Below, piece by piece: positions 39,451 to 49,129 of a stretch of DNA of 49,729 bases (position 1 is its first letter; every line of letters begins with the position of its first letter). Source of the stretch: Gemmatimonadales bacterium. Lineage in GTDB: Bacteria > Gemmatimonadota > Gemmatimonadetes > Gemmatimonadales > GWC2-71-9. The notes beneath the pieces were generated by a model, which saw only the letters and a list, made by a program, of their open reading frames with translations, ran no database searches and was not told the origin of the DNA. Position numbers and translations under genes: made by a program. The stretch covers positions 1 to 49,729 of the forward strand of contig JBBQFH010000025.1 of assembly GCA_038321865.1 (NCBI GenBank). The letters run 5' to 3'.

Positions 39451-40542
39451 TCAGGCGTTGGAGGGCCCCTTGCCGCGCCGCGGCGGGGCCGCTGCGGGGG
39501 CGGCGCCGGCGGCGGGGGTGGCACCGAGCGCCGCCAAGCGGGCCGTATCAGCCGAGATCGCTTTGGCGGTGACCAGCTCACCGGCATGCTGCTCGAACGT
39601 CTGCATGCCGTCAGCCCGGGACGCCATGAGCGTGCGAAGGCTCGCGAGCTCCGCCTGCTCGCGGAGCGCCTCCCGGACCGCCGGGGTGCCGAGCAATACC
39701 TCGACCGCGGCCACGCGTCCCTTCTCGTCCCGGCGCGGAAGCAGCTGCTGGGAAATGATCGCCGTGAGCGATTCCGCCAGCCGCATGCGGCCCAGCTCGC
39801 GGCTCTCGGCGGGCAGTGCGGCGACGATGTGCGCGATGGTCGTGACGGCATCGCGTGTGGGGAGGATGCCGATCACCAGCCGGCCGGTCTCGGCGGCGTG
39901 AATTGCCGTCTCGATCGTGTCCGGATCGGTCATGTCGCCGACCACGACCACGTCCGGATCCTGCCGCAGCGCGGCCCGAAGCCCAATGGCGACGGTATCG
40001 GTGTCCACGCCGACCTCGCGCTGGGTGATCGAGCTGCTGATGTCGCGGTGCAGAAACTCGATCGGGTTCTCGATCGTCACGATGTGCTTCTGCGTCGTAC
40101 GGTTCACATGGTGGACGATGCCCGCCACGGTGGAGCTCTTCCCGCTGCCGCTCGGCCCGGTCACCAGCACCAGCCCGCGCTCCGCCTCCGCGATCTGCCG
40201 GACCACGTCCGGCAGGTGCAGTGTCTCGATCGTGGGGACGGTGAAGGGGATCACCCGCATCACGATCATGAATGACGAGCGCTGCCGCAGCACATTCACC
40301 CGAAAGCGTCCGACGCCAGGCAGCCCCCAGGAGCAGTCGAAGTCCTTGAGCCGATCGATCCGCTCGCGCTCGTCATCGCTGCTCATCAGCATGAGCGCGA
40401 TCGTGCGAGTCTGATCGGGGGTGAGCCGCTGCTTGGTGAGGGGCACGAGCTTCCCGTTGATGCGCGCGCGGAACACGTCGCCCGCCTTGATGTGCAGGTC
40501 CGACGCCCCTCGTTCGACTGCCGCCTTGATGATTTTTTCCAT
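39451..40542 (-). CDS. PilT/PilU-family type IV pilus ATPase paralog with degenerate catalytic motifs
   Basis: ASDLHI, RFRVN, GPSGSGKSST, QREVG.DT, ALRQDPD, GMQTF; but IENPIE, VVVVGDMTD and ETGRLVIGILPT deviate from consensus. Confidence 0.88.
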   Translation of the reverse strand: MEKIIKAAVERGASDLHIKAGDVFRARINGKLVPLTKQRLTPDQTRTIALMLMSSDDERERIDRLKDFDCSWGLPGVGRFRVNVLRQRSSFMIVMRVIPFTVPTIETLHLPDVVRQIAEAERGLVLVTGPSGSGKSSTVAGIVHHVNRTTQKHIVTIENPIEFLHRDISSSITQREVGVDTDTVAIGLRAALRQDPDVVVVGDMTDPDTIETAIHAAETGRLVIGILPTRDAVTTIAHIVAALPAESRELGRMRLAESLTAIISQQLLPRRDEKGRVAAVEVLLGTPAVREALREQAELASLRTLMASRADGMQTFEQHAGELVTAKAISADTARLAALGATPAAGAAPAAAPPRRGKGPSNA

Positions 40543-40560
40543 GAACCCTCTGCAGGAAGG

Positions 40561-41553
40561 TCAGGTACCGGGCATGAAGCCCATGCACTCGTGAACCAGC
40601 GCGAGTGTGTCGCGGGCGAGCGCGTTGGCCCGGCGCGCGCCGTCGGCGAGGATCTCGTCCACCTGCGCCGGGCGCTCCCCCAGCGCCGCCGCCCGCTCAC
40701 GGATCGGCGCCAGCGCGGCGGCCATGTTGTCCGCCAGGACGCGCTTGCAGTCCAGGCAGCCCCACTTCGCGCCCCGGCAGTTGTCCGCCACCACGGCGAC
40801 CGTCTCTGCCGGCGAAAAATGGCGATGCAGCTGGTAGATGTTGCAGATTTCCGGCGTGCCCGGATCCTTCCGGGTCACGCGCGCCGGATCGGTCTTGGCC
40901 GTCCGGAGCTTCTGCCAGATCTCCTCCGGGGATTCGAGGATGCCGATCGTGTTTCCCTTGCTCTTGGACATCTTCGAGTCGCCATCGAGCCCCATGATCC
41001 GCTTGGCCTCGGTCAGCAGGACCTGCGGCTCGAGCAGCAGGTCGGTACCGCGGCCGAACTGCGCGTTCCAGCGGCGGCAGATCTCGCGGGTGAGCTCGAC
41101 GTGCTGGACCTGATCTTCCCCCACCGGCACCAGCTCCGCCCGGTAGAGCAGGATGTCGGCGGCCATGAGAATGGGATAGTTCAACAGTCCGGCCGGCACG
41201 CTTTCCAGCTGCTCGGACTTATCCTTGTACTGCGTCATCCGCTCCAACTCGCCGAGTGGCGTCACGGCGTTGAGCAGCCACTGGAGCTCGGAATGCCCGG
41301 TCACGTGCGACTGGACGAAGAGCGTGACGCGAGAGGTGTCCACGCCCGAGGCGATGAGCCCAATCGCCATCTCGCGGGTGCGCCGGGCGTGCAGCGCCGG
41401 CTCATAGAACGCGCCGGTGATGGCGTGCAGGTCCACGATGCAGTACATGCATTCGTACTGATCCTGCAGGCGCACCCAGTTCTGCACCGCGCCGAGCAGG
41501 TTGCCGATGTGCAGCTCGCCGGTGGGCTGGATTCCTGAGAATATGCGGGGCAT
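40561..41553 (-). CDS. trpS: Tryptophan--tRNA ligase
   Basis: FSGIQPTG.LHIGN, VDLHAIT, YPILMAADIL, VPVGEDQ, KMSKS. Confidence 0.96.
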   Translation of the reverse strand: MPRIFSGIQPTGELHIGNLLGAVQNWVRLQDQYECMYCIVDLHAITGAFYEPALHARRTREMAIGLIASGVDTSRVTLFVQSHVTGHSELQWLLNAVTPLGELERMTQYKDKSEQLESVPAGLLNYPILMAADILLYRAELVPVGEDQVQHVELTREICRRWNAQFGRGTDLLLEPQVLLTEAKRIMGLDGDSKMSKSKGNTIGILESPEEIWQKLRTAKTDPARVTRKDPGTPEICNIYQLHRHFSPAETVAVVADNCRGAKWGCLDCKRVLADNMAAALAPIRERAAALGERPAQVDEILADGARRANALARDTLALVHECMGFMPGT

Positions 41554-41602
41554 GACCGGCAAGCTACCTTGCTCCGCGAACCCTGACAATACGGTATCAG
41601 GC

Positions 41603-42382
41603 TTGGACTTACTTCATCTGGGCCGGCACGCGGCATCAGCCGCCGCGGCCCATATCCGCGACGCCGCTCCCCCGTCCGATCCGTCGGACTGGACCGCGAA
41701 GTCGAGCCGGGACTTCGTCACCGAGGTGGACCGGGGCGCGGAGCGCCTGATCGCCGGACTGCTGCTCGACGGCGCACCCGGGTCCGGCATCCTCGGCGAG
41801 GAGCTCACGCCGGATGGCGTCACGAGCGCCGGACTGGTCTGGATCGTGGATCCCCTGGATGGCACCACAAACTTCCTGCATGGCTACCCCCAGTACGCGG
41901 TATCCATCGCCGCGGCGGTGGACGGCGTGCTCGAGGCGGCGATCGTGCATGACGTGCCGCGCGACATCGCCTATCACGCGGTGCGCGGCGGCGGCGCGTG
42001 GGAGGGGGAGCGGCGCCTGGCGGTCTCGCCGATCAAAGACCCGGCGTTTGCCCTCATCGGAACCGGCTTCCCGTTCAAGGATGTGTCCCGGCTCGACGCG
42101 TACCTGGCGCAATTCGCCCGCGTGGCGGCGGCGACGAGCGGCATCCGCCGGGCCGGCGCGGCCGCGCTCGATCTGGCGGATGTGGCGGCCGGCCGGCTCG
42201 ACGCCTTCTGGGAGCAGCGCCTCTCGGCGTGGGACATGGCGGCGGGAACGCTGCTGATTCGCGAGGCGGGCGGGCGGGTGACGGATTTCGCCGGCCGCGA
42301 AGCAGGCACCGAGCACGGACCCTTGGTGGCCGGCGGCCCTTCCATGCACGCCTGGCTGCTCGAGGCGGTCACGCGGGCATGA
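41603..42382 (+). CDS. suhB: Inositol monophosphatase family protein (SuhB-like)
   Basis: DFVTEVD, GEE, WIVDPLDGTTNF, R.GAAALD, WDMAAG.L...EAGG. TTG start approximate. Confidence 0.9.
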   Translation: MDLLHLGRHAASAAAAHIRDAAPPSDPSDWTAKSSRDFVTEVDRGAERLIAGLLLDGAPGSGILGEELTPDGVTSAGLVWIVDPLDGTTNFLHGYPQYAVSIAAAVDGVLEAAIVHDVPRDIAYHAVRGGGAWEGERRLAVSPIKDPAFALIGTGFPFKDVSRLDAYLAQFARVAAATSGIRRAGAAALDLADVAAGRLDAFWEQRLSAWDMAAGTLLIREAGGRVTDFAGREAGTEHGPLVAGGPSMHAWLLEAVTRA

Positions 42383-42457
42383 GAGTCCCCAGGGGGTCGA
42401 CGCGGAACCGGAATACCCAATCAGGCCGCGCGGGAGTACCGTTGGGGGGGAAGGTGG

Positions 42458-42955
42458 ATGGACTCCAAACCAGGAGTGACCTTGCTGACACGTTCACTCA
42501 CGATGGTCGCCGCACTGCTCGTCGTTGGCGGAATGCCATTGATGGCGCAGTCGGCCGGTACCCCGACCAAGCGCGTGATCCAACCGCCGGACTACAAGCC
42601 AACGCCGTCCCCGCTGTCACCCGCGATTCTTGTCGGCAACACGCTGTACATGTCTGGCGCGACGGGCGGCGATCCGAAGACTGGGCAGCTCGTCAGCGGC
42701 GGATTCGAGGTGGAGATGCGGCAGATCATGGCGAACCTTCAGACCGTGCTCAAGGCGGCAGACATGGATCTGACGAATGTGGTGGCCGTGACGGCATATC
42801 TTGCCGATATGTCCGACTACAAACGGTTCAACGAGATCTACCGCGAGTACTTCAAGGTCGAGCCGCTGCCGACGCGTTCCGCCGTGGCCGTGAAGGAACT
42901 GGCGCGCGGTGCCCGCATTGAGCTCACGATGACGGCGGTGCGTACCACCAGGTGA
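42458..42955 (+). CDS. RidA/YjgF-family protein with N-terminal signal-peptide-like segment
   Basis: PLSPA..VG.TLYMSG, NL..VL..A, FNE.Y..YF...PTRSAV.V..L......IE; hydrophobic leader. Start uncertain. Confidence 0.85.
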   Translation: MDSKPGVTLLTRSLTMVAALLVVGGMPLMAQSAGTPTKRVIQPPDYKPTPSPLSPAILVGNTLYMSGATGGDPKTGQLVSGGFEVEMRQIMANLQTVLKAADMDLTNVVAVTAYLADMSDYKRFNEIYREYFKVEPLPTRSAVAVKELARGARIELTMTAVRTTR

Positions 42956-42987
42956 CACGCTGTGCCCTGACCACCCACAGGAGCCGA

Positions 42988-44040
42988 ATGCCCATCCAAT
43001 ACCTCGTGTCGGCGCGTCGCAGGTCACTGCGTCAGACGTTAGGACTGGCTCCGACTATCCTCGTCCCGACGATGCTCCTTGTCGCCTGCGGCGGGCCGGA
43101 GACCAGGCCTGCGACCACGCCAGCGGCCGCTACCACCACGACCGCCACTGCCGCGCTCGGGCCCGGAGAGGGGCTGCTTCCGGTCCGCGGCGGGCGCATC
43201 TGGTATCGAGTGTCCGGCACCGGAAAAGGGACGCCGATGGTTCTCCTGCACGGTGGCCCGGGGGCCGGGAGCTATTATCTCAAGCCTTTCGACGATATCG
43301 GTGACGACCGGCCCGTCATCCGGTACGACCAGCTCGGCGCAGGGAAGTCGGATCGGCTCACCGACACGACGCTCATGCGCATTCCGCGCTTCGTCGAGGA
43401 GCTCGACTCGTTGCGACGTGCGCTCAAGATCGAGAAATGGTTTGTCAACGGCCATTCGTGGGGGACGGTCCTCGCCCTCGAGTACTACAAGGCGCACCCC
43501 GATCACGTGGCGGGCATCGTCTTTGGCGGATCCGTTTTCGACTGGCGCGCCTACGCGCGCGAAACTGCGGCGTGGACCAGACAGATGACCGATTCGTCGC
43601 AACGCGCCATCGCCGCCTGGAAGCAGGGGGGAAGCCCCGATGCGCCGGGCTTCAAGGCCGCGACGGACGAGTTCTATGCCAAGTTCGTGTGGCGGCGGCC
43701 GGTGAAGGCGGATCTCGACTCGACGACGGCGGGGTTTGGCAACGAGCAGTACACCTACATGCAGGGGGCCTACGAATACGTCGTGACCGGCACCCTGAAG
43801 AACTACGACGCGCGCGCGGACCTTCCCAGGATCAGGGTCCCGGTACTTTCGACGACCGGCGAGTTCGATGAGGTCGGGCCCAGGACGGTCGAGGCACACG
43901 CAAAGCTGATTCCCGGCGCAAGGTTTGTCCTCTACAAGGACGCCGGGCATGTGACTTCGTGGGATGCGCGCGACGCGAACGTGCGGGACGTACGGGAATT
44001 CCTCCGCAGCATCGACACGCTTCCGCCTACGCGGCCGTAA
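42988..44040 (+). CDS. Proline iminopeptidase-family alpha/beta hydrolase, probable lipoprotein
   Basis: LVAC lipobox; LHGGPG, YDQLG.GKS, GHSWG nucleophile, GEFD, AGH. Start uncertain. Confidence 0.87.
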   Translation: MPIQYLVSARRRSLRQTLGLAPTILVPTMLLVACGGPETRPATTPAAATTTTATAALGPGEGLLPVRGGRIWYRVSGTGKGTPMVLLHGGPGAGSYYLKPFDDIGDDRPVIRYDQLGAGKSDRLTDTTLMRIPRFVEELDSLRRALKIEKWFVNGHSWGTVLALEYYKAHPDHVAGIVFGGSVFDWRAYARETAAWTRQMTDSSQRAIAAWKQGGSPDAPGFKAATDEFYAKFVWRRPVKADLDSTTAGFGNEQYTYMQGAYEYVVTGTLKNYDARADLPRIRVPVLSTTGEFDEVGPRTVEAHAKLIPGARFVLYKDAGHVTSWDARDANVRDVREFLRSIDTLPPTRP

Positions 44041-44779
44041 GAATCCGCGGCCCGTCCGGCAGGATGGCGACGGTATGCTCGAAGTGGGCCGACAGGCTGC
44101 CGTCCGCCGTCACGACGGTCCATTTGTCGCTCAGCGTCTTCGTGGCGGGATTGCCGATCGTGATCATCGGCTCGATGGCGATGGTCATGCCGGCCTGCAG
44201 GCGCGTGCCACGCTTGGGACTGCCGTAGTTGGGGACCTGCGGCTCCTCGTGGAACTTGGCGCCGATGCCGTGGCCGACCAGCTCCCGGACCACGCCGTAA
44301 CCCGCCGCTTCGGCGACCTGCTGCACCGCATGCCCGATGTCGCCCGTCGTGTTGCCCACGCGCGCCTGGGCAATGCCGGCGACGAGACAGGCCTGCGTGA
44401 CCTCGAGCAGCCGGGCCGTATCGTCCGAGATCCGGCCCACGGCGATCGTCGTGGCCGAGTCGGCGTGCAGCCCCTCGAGGTGCGCACCGACGTCCACGCT
44501 CACGATGCTGCCGTCCCGCAGTACCACCTTCTTCGACGGAATCCCGTGCACGATCTCGGTATCGACCGACGTGCAGAGCGTCTTGGGAAATCCGTACAAC
44601 CCCTTGAACGACGGCGTGGCGCCGGCATGACGCCGAATGAACTCCTCGGCGGCGGCGTCGAGATCCTCGGTCGTCAGGCCGGGCCGCACGAGCTCACGCA
44701 TCAGGGCCAGCGTCCCGGCGACGATCCGCCCGGCCCGGGCCATGATGTCGATCTCGCGGGGTGACTTCAGCGTGATCAT
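44027..44779 (-). CDS. map: Type I methionyl aminopeptidase
   Basis: IVHGIP, VDVG, ADSA, GHGIG...HEEP, IEPM, SAHFEHT. Confidence 0.96.
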   Translation of the reverse strand: MITLKSPREIDIMARAGRIVAGTLALMRELVRPGLTTEDLDAAAEEFIRRHAGATPSFKGLYGFPKTLCTSVDTEIVHGIPSKKVVLRDGSIVSVDVGAHLEGLHADSATTIAVGRISDDTARLLEVTQACLVAGIAQARVGNTTGDIGHAVQQVAEAAGYGVVRELVGHGIGAKFHEEPQVPNYGSPKRGTRLQAGMTIAIEPMITIGNPATKTLSDKWTVVTADGSLSAHFEHTVAILPDGPRILTAA

Positions 44780-45342
44780 GGAGTCGGGAGCATGGCGCGA
44801 ACCCGGTCCGCGATCGCGCTGACGTCTCCGGTGGCGCCGATGCGACGGACGCCGCCCCGCTGCTCGTACCAGTCGAGCACCGGGGCGGTCTGGGCCCGGT
44901 AAGCCTTGAGCCGCGTGGCGACGGCGGCGGGATCATCGTCGGCGCGGCCGTCGGTCTGGCGGCGCCGGTCCAGCCGGGAGAGGATCTCGTCGTCGCTCAC
45001 GTCGAAAAACAGCACGGCGTCGATCTTCCGTCCCAGCGCCGCCAGCATCCGCTCCATCCCCTCCGCCTGCGGAATCGTCCGGACCACGCCGTCGAAGATG
45101 ACGCCGCGCGCGGCGGCCGGCTTCCTGATCTCCTCGTCCACCACGGCGAGAATCAGGTCGTCGCCCACGAGGTGCCCCGCTTCCATCACGGCCTTGGCCT
45201 TGAGCCCGAGCGGCGTGCCGTCACGGACCGCGTCGCGCAGGACGTCGCCGGTGGCGAGCTTGGGGATGCCGAGGTGAGTGGCGAGGATCGCGCCCTGCGT
45301 GCCCTTGCCGGCGCCCGGGGGACCCATGAGGAGGATATCCAT
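44776..45342 (-). CDS. adk: Adenylate kinase (short-LID type)
   Basis: GPPGAGKGTQ, TGD.LR, DG..RT..QA, R.DD; follows secY. Confidence 0.95.
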   Translation of the reverse strand: MDILLMGPPGAGKGTQGAILATHLGIPKLATGDVLRDAVRDGTPLGLKAKAVMEAGHLVGDDLILAVVDEEIRKPAAARGVIFDGVVRTIPQAEGMERMLAALGRKIDAVLFFDVSDDEILSRLDRRRQTDGRADDDPAAVATRLKAYRAQTAPVLDWYEQRGGVRRIGATGDVSAIADRVRAMLPTP

Positions 45343-45422
45343 GCCGCGTGTCCTTTGCTCAAAGGGCGACCTTCCGGCCGCCCCTGTGCGTGTGGTTCGC
45401 CGCGCGTCGGTGCCGGCGCGGG

Positions 45423-46739
45423 TTACATGTACCGCTGCTGCCGCCCGCGGAACTTGACGCGTCCCGTCTTCATGAACCCGTCGTACTTCCGGAGCGTGCG
45501 GTGCTGCTCCACCTGGGCGATCGTGTCCAGCAGCACGCCGACCACGATGAGCACCGACGTCCCGCCGAAGTTGGCCTGCACCCCGATGGCCTTCGACACC
45601 ACGATCGGGACCAGCGCCACGAAGGCGAGGAACAGGCCGCCGGGCAGGGTGATCCGGGCAAGTACGCCGTCGATGTAGTCGGCGGTGCTGGCACCCGGCT
45701 TGACGCCGGGAATGAAGCCGCCCTGCTTCTTCAGGTTCTCAGCCAGGTCGACCGAGTTGAAGATGATGGACGTGTAGAAATAGCTGAACAGCACCACCAT
45801 GAAGGCGAACACGAGGTCGTACGGAATGGCGCCGGGACTGAAGAAGCTGGCCACGTCCTGCATCACCGCGTTCTTGGTGAAGCTGGCGATGGTGCCCGGT
45901 ACCAGGATGATCGTGTTCGCGAAGATGATGGGCATCACGCCCGCGGTGATCAGCCGGATCGGGATGAACGTCTTCTGGCCTTCGCGGATCCGGCCGCGCC
46001 CCATCACCTTGCGCGGGATCTGGATGGGGATGCGCCGGGCGGCGATGGTCATGGCCACCACCGCCGCGACCACGGCGACGACGATCGCGAGGAACAGCAG
46101 CGCCCCGATCGGCGAGACGACGTCGCCCTTGATGTACTGGATCAGCTGCAGTGTGCCCGGCCAGAGCCGGTCGAGGATCGAGAAGGTGATCAGCAGGCTC
46201 ATGCCGTTGCCGATCCCGCGCTCGGTGATCTGCTCGCCCAGCCACATGACGAAGATGGCGCCGGCGGTCAGCGTCAGCACGATCACGAAGCGCGACGCGA
46301 AGCCGGGGTTGGCCACGGCGCCCGGGATCCCCTCGGTGAAGAGGGCGTAGGTGTAGGCCTGCGAGAACGCGATCAGCACCGTGACGTATCGGGTCCACTG
46401 CGTGATCTTCTTCCGGCCTTCCTCGTCCTTCTGCATCTTGCCGACCGACGGCACCACGCCGCCCGCCAACTGGAAGATGATCGAGGCCGAGATGTACGGC
46501 ATGATGCCGAGCGCGAAGACGGTGGCGCGGGACAGGCCGCCACCCAGCGTATCGTAGAGCCCGAAGAAGCCGGCCGCGCCGGAATTCCGGATGAAGTCGG
46601 CGAGTGCCTGCACATTCACGCCCGGCGCGGCGATGTGGGCGCCGATCCGGTAGATCAGCAGCGCAATCAGCGTAAACTGGAGCTTGCGCTTCAGCTCGTC
46701 GTCAATCGCGAAGGTGGGTACGGCGCGGGGAGCGGTCAC
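45423..46739 (-). CDS. secY: Preprotein translocase subunit SecY
   Basis: ALGIMPYISASII, WLGEQITERGIGNG.S, AGVMPIIFA, IPGVKPG, GGTS.LI.VGV. Confidence 0.97.
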   Translation of the reverse strand: MTAPRAVPTFAIDDELKRKLQFTLIALLIYRIGAHIAAPGVNVQALADFIRNSGAAGFFGLYDTLGGGLSRATVFALGIMPYISASIIFQLAGGVVPSVGKMQKDEEGRKKITQWTRYVTVLIAFSQAYTYALFTEGIPGAVANPGFASRFVIVLTLTAGAIFVMWLGEQITERGIGNGMSLLITFSILDRLWPGTLQLIQYIKGDVVSPIGALLFLAIVVAVVAAVVAMTIAARRIPIQIPRKVMGRGRIREGQKTFIPIRLITAGVMPIIFANTIILVPGTIASFTKNAVMQDVASFFSPGAIPYDLVFAFMVVLFSYFYTSIIFNSVDLAENLKKQGGFIPGVKPGASTADYIDGVLARITLPGGLFLAFVALVPIVVSKAIGVQANFGGTSVLIVVGVLLDTIAQVEQHRTLRKYDGFMKTGRVKFRGRQQRYM

Positions 46740-47192
46740 TTAACCCTCGACCGAGCCGCCGGCGGCCTCGATCTTGGCGCGGGCCGACGCGGACATGTTG
46801 ACGCCGCGGATGGTGTACGCCCGCTCGGCGTCACCGTTGCCCAGGATCTTGATCGGAGCATCGGTGTGGCTGACCAGGCCTGCCGCGAGCAGGGTCTCCG
46901 GATTGACGTCGCCCGCGGCCACCTTCTTCAGCTGGCTGATGTTGACCGCCTGGTTCTCGACCCGGAACGGGTTGGTGAAGCCACGCTTCGGCAGCCGCCG
47001 GTAGATCGGCATCTGGCCGCCTTCGAAGCCCGGGTTCGTGCCGCCGCCGGTGCGGGCCTTGTGACCCTTGTGGCCCTTGCCGGAGGTCTTGCCCAATCCG
47101 GAGCCCGGGCCGCGGCCGACGCGCTTCCGCGACTGGGTGGATCCCCGCGCGGGGCGCAGGGTCGAGAGCGTGATCTTCGTGATGTCGGCCAT
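46740..47192 (-). CDS. rplO: 50S ribosomal protein L15
   Basis: RVGRGPGSG.GKT.GKG.KG, FEGGQMP..RRLPKRGF. Confidence 0.97.
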   Translation of the reverse strand: MADITKITLSTLRPARGSTQSRKRVGRGPGSGLGKTSGKGHKGHKARTGGGTNPGFEGGQMPIYRRLPKRGFTNPFRVENQAVNISQLKKVAAGDVNPETLLAAGLVSHTDAPIKILGNGDAERAYTIRGVNMSASARAKIEAAGGSVEG

Positions 47193-47452
47193 CAGACCTC
47201 TCCTCCCGGCGCGACCTCGATGAGGTGGCGCACCTTGTACAGCATGCCCCGGATTGAGGCGGAATTCCTGATCACCACCGTCTGCTGGTGGTGGCGCAGG
47301 CCGATCGAGCGCAGCGTGCGCCGCATCGTCTCCGCGTGACCGATCTCGGAGCGGATCTGCTTGACGGTCAGCGTGCTCGCCGCCTCTTCCGAGGGGATGA
47401 CCGCCGCGTGATGCTTCGGGCCCTGGCGCCCGACTACCGGATTTCTGCCCAT
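47192..47452 (-). CDS. rpmD: 50S ribosomal protein L30 with N-terminal extension
   Basis: VKQIRS.IG.......TLRSIGL......V......IRGML.KV.HL; located between rpsE and rplO; GGAG RBS before ATG 47452. Confidence 0.9.
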   Translation of the reverse strand: MGRNPVVGRQGPKHHAAVIPSEEAASTLTVKQIRSEIGHAETMRRTLRSIGLRHHQQTVVIRNSASIRGMLYKVRHLIEVAPGGEV

Positions 47453-47454
47453 CG

Positions 47455-48207
47455 TCAGCTCTCCTGGCGCGGCTTGTACGCGATCTGATCGACTTCGATG
47501 CCGCGCTCGCGCGCCACCTGGCGGGCGCTCACCAGACGGGACAGCCCGTCGACGGTGGCGCGCACCACGTTGTGCGGATTGTTGGAGCCAAGGCTCTTGG
47601 TGAGAATGTCGGTGATGCCGGCGCACTCGAGCACGGCGCGCACCGGGCCGCCGGCGATGACGCCGGTACCGGTCGCGGCGGGCTTGAGCAGCACCCGCCC
47701 GGCACCGTGGGCGCCGAGAATCTCGTGCGGGATCGTCGAGCCGGTGCGCGGCAGGTCGACCATGGTGCGCTTGGCCGCCTCGACCGCCTTCCGGACCGCC
47801 TCGGACACTTCGTTGGCCTTGCCGGTCGCGATGCCGACCTTGCCTTTGCCGTCGCCCACCGCCACGAGGGCGTTGAACGAGAAGCGCCGGCCGCCCTTGA
47901 CGACCTTGGCGACGCGATTGATCGCGATCACGTTTTCGACCATGTCGTTGGAGTGGTCGCGGTCGTCACGGCCGCGGCCGCCCCGCCCGCCACCGCGTCC
48001 ACCCTGACCACCCTGCCCGCCGCGACCCCGGCCGCCCTGCCCGCCCTGGCCACCGCGTCCGCCGCCGCCCTGCCCGCCACCCTGGCCGCCGCGGCCCTGG
48101 GGCTGCGCCGGCCGATCGGGGCCGGGGGCGCCACGAGGGGCCTCACTGGCCTCGGGACGCTCCGCTGCACCGGGCACCGCGTCGGGGGTCTGCTGCTCGT
48201 CTGCCAT
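47455..48207 (-). CDS. rpsE: 30S ribosomal protein S5 with long Gly/Arg/Gln-rich N-terminal extension
   Basis: [39 protein letters not shown]. Confidence 0.96.
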   Translation of the reverse strand: MADEQQTPDAVPGAAERPEASEAPRGAPGPDRPAQPQGRGGQGGGQGGGGRGGQGGQGGRGRGGQGGQGGRGGGRGGRGRDDRDHSNDMVENVIAINRVAKVVKGGRRFSFNALVAVGDGKGKVGIATGKANEVSEAVRKAVEAAKRTMVDLPRTGSTIPHEILGAHGAGRVLLKPAATGTGVIAGGPVRAVLECAGITDILTKSLGSNNPHNVVRATVDGLSRLVSARQVARERGIEVDQIAYKPRQES

Positions 48208-48579
48208 TTAGAACTCCAATCCGCCTTCGCGGGCGCCGTCGGCGACGGCCTGCACGCGACCATGGTATCGGTAACCCGCGCGATCGAATACGACCTTGGT
48301 GATGCCGGCCGCCTTCGCCTTCTCCGCCAGCAGCTTGCCGGCGCCCTTGCCGCGGGCCACCTTGCCCGCCCCGTCGACCGCGACACCCTCGCTGGCATCA
48401 CTCACGCCAAGGAGCGTGACACCGAGATCGTCGTTGACGAGCTGGGCGTACACGTGCTTGAGCGAGCGGAACACGACCAGGCGCGGACGCTCGGCGGTGC
48501 CGGTCACCTTGCGGCGAACGCGCAGGTGGCGGCGGTAGCGCCGGTCGGCGCTGGTCTTCGGGGCATGAATCGGACGCAT
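48208..48579 (-). CDS. rplR: 50S ribosomal protein L18
   Basis: GTAERPRL.VFRS, VVFDR.GY.YHGRV, AREGGL.F. Confidence 0.96.
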   Translation of the reverse strand: MRPIHAPKTSADRRYRRHLRVRRKVTGTAERPRLVVFRSLKHVYAQLVNDDLGVTLLGVSDASEGVAVDGAGKVARGKGAGKLLAEKAKAAGITKVVFDRAGYRYHGRVQAVADGAREGGLEF

Positions 48580-48581
48580 GC

Positions 48582-49121
48582 TTACTTGGCTCCTGTCTTG
48601 CCGGCCTTGCGCCGGACCTGCTCACCCTGATAACGGATGCCCTTGCCCTTGTACGGCTCGGGCGGACGCACCGACCGGAGCTCGGCGGCCACCTGGCCGA
48701 CCGCTTCCTTGTCCGCGCCCTCGATCTTCACCACCGTGTTGTTCTCCACCGAGATCTTGACGCCCTTCGGCGCCTCGTACTTGACCGGGTGGGAGAAGCC
48801 GACGATCAGGTTCACGCCGTAGGGCTTGGCCTCGGCCTTGTAGCCGACGCCCTGCAGCTCCAGCGTCTTCATGAAGCCCTTCGACACCCCTTCGACCATG
48901 TTGGCCACCAGGGTGCGGGTCAGGCCGTGCAGCTGCTTGTGGCGCTTCTCCTCGCTCGGCCGGCTGACGGTGAATGTGTCCCCGTCCTTGGCCAGAATCA
49001 TCTCGCGCGGGAGCGTGCGATGCAGCTCGCCCTTGGGTCCCTTGACCGTGACCGTCTGGTCCTTGAGCTCGATGCCGACCCCGCTGGGGATCGAGATCGG
49101 CTTCTTGCCGATGCGGCTCAT
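48582..49121 (-). CDS. rplF: 50S ribosomal protein L6
   Basis: MSRIGK.PI, VKGPKG.L, GVGY, RPPEPYKGKGI. Confidence 0.97.
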   Translation of the reverse strand: MSRIGKKPISIPSGVGIELKDQTVTVKGPKGELHRTLPREMILAKDGDTFTVSRPSEEKRHKQLHGLTRTLVANMVEGVSKGFMKTLELQGVGYKAEAKPYGVNLIVGFSHPVKYEAPKGVKISVENNTVVKIEGADKEAVGQVAAELRSVRPPEPYKGKGIRYQGEQVRRKAGKTGAK

Positions 49122-49129
49122 GTCATCTC

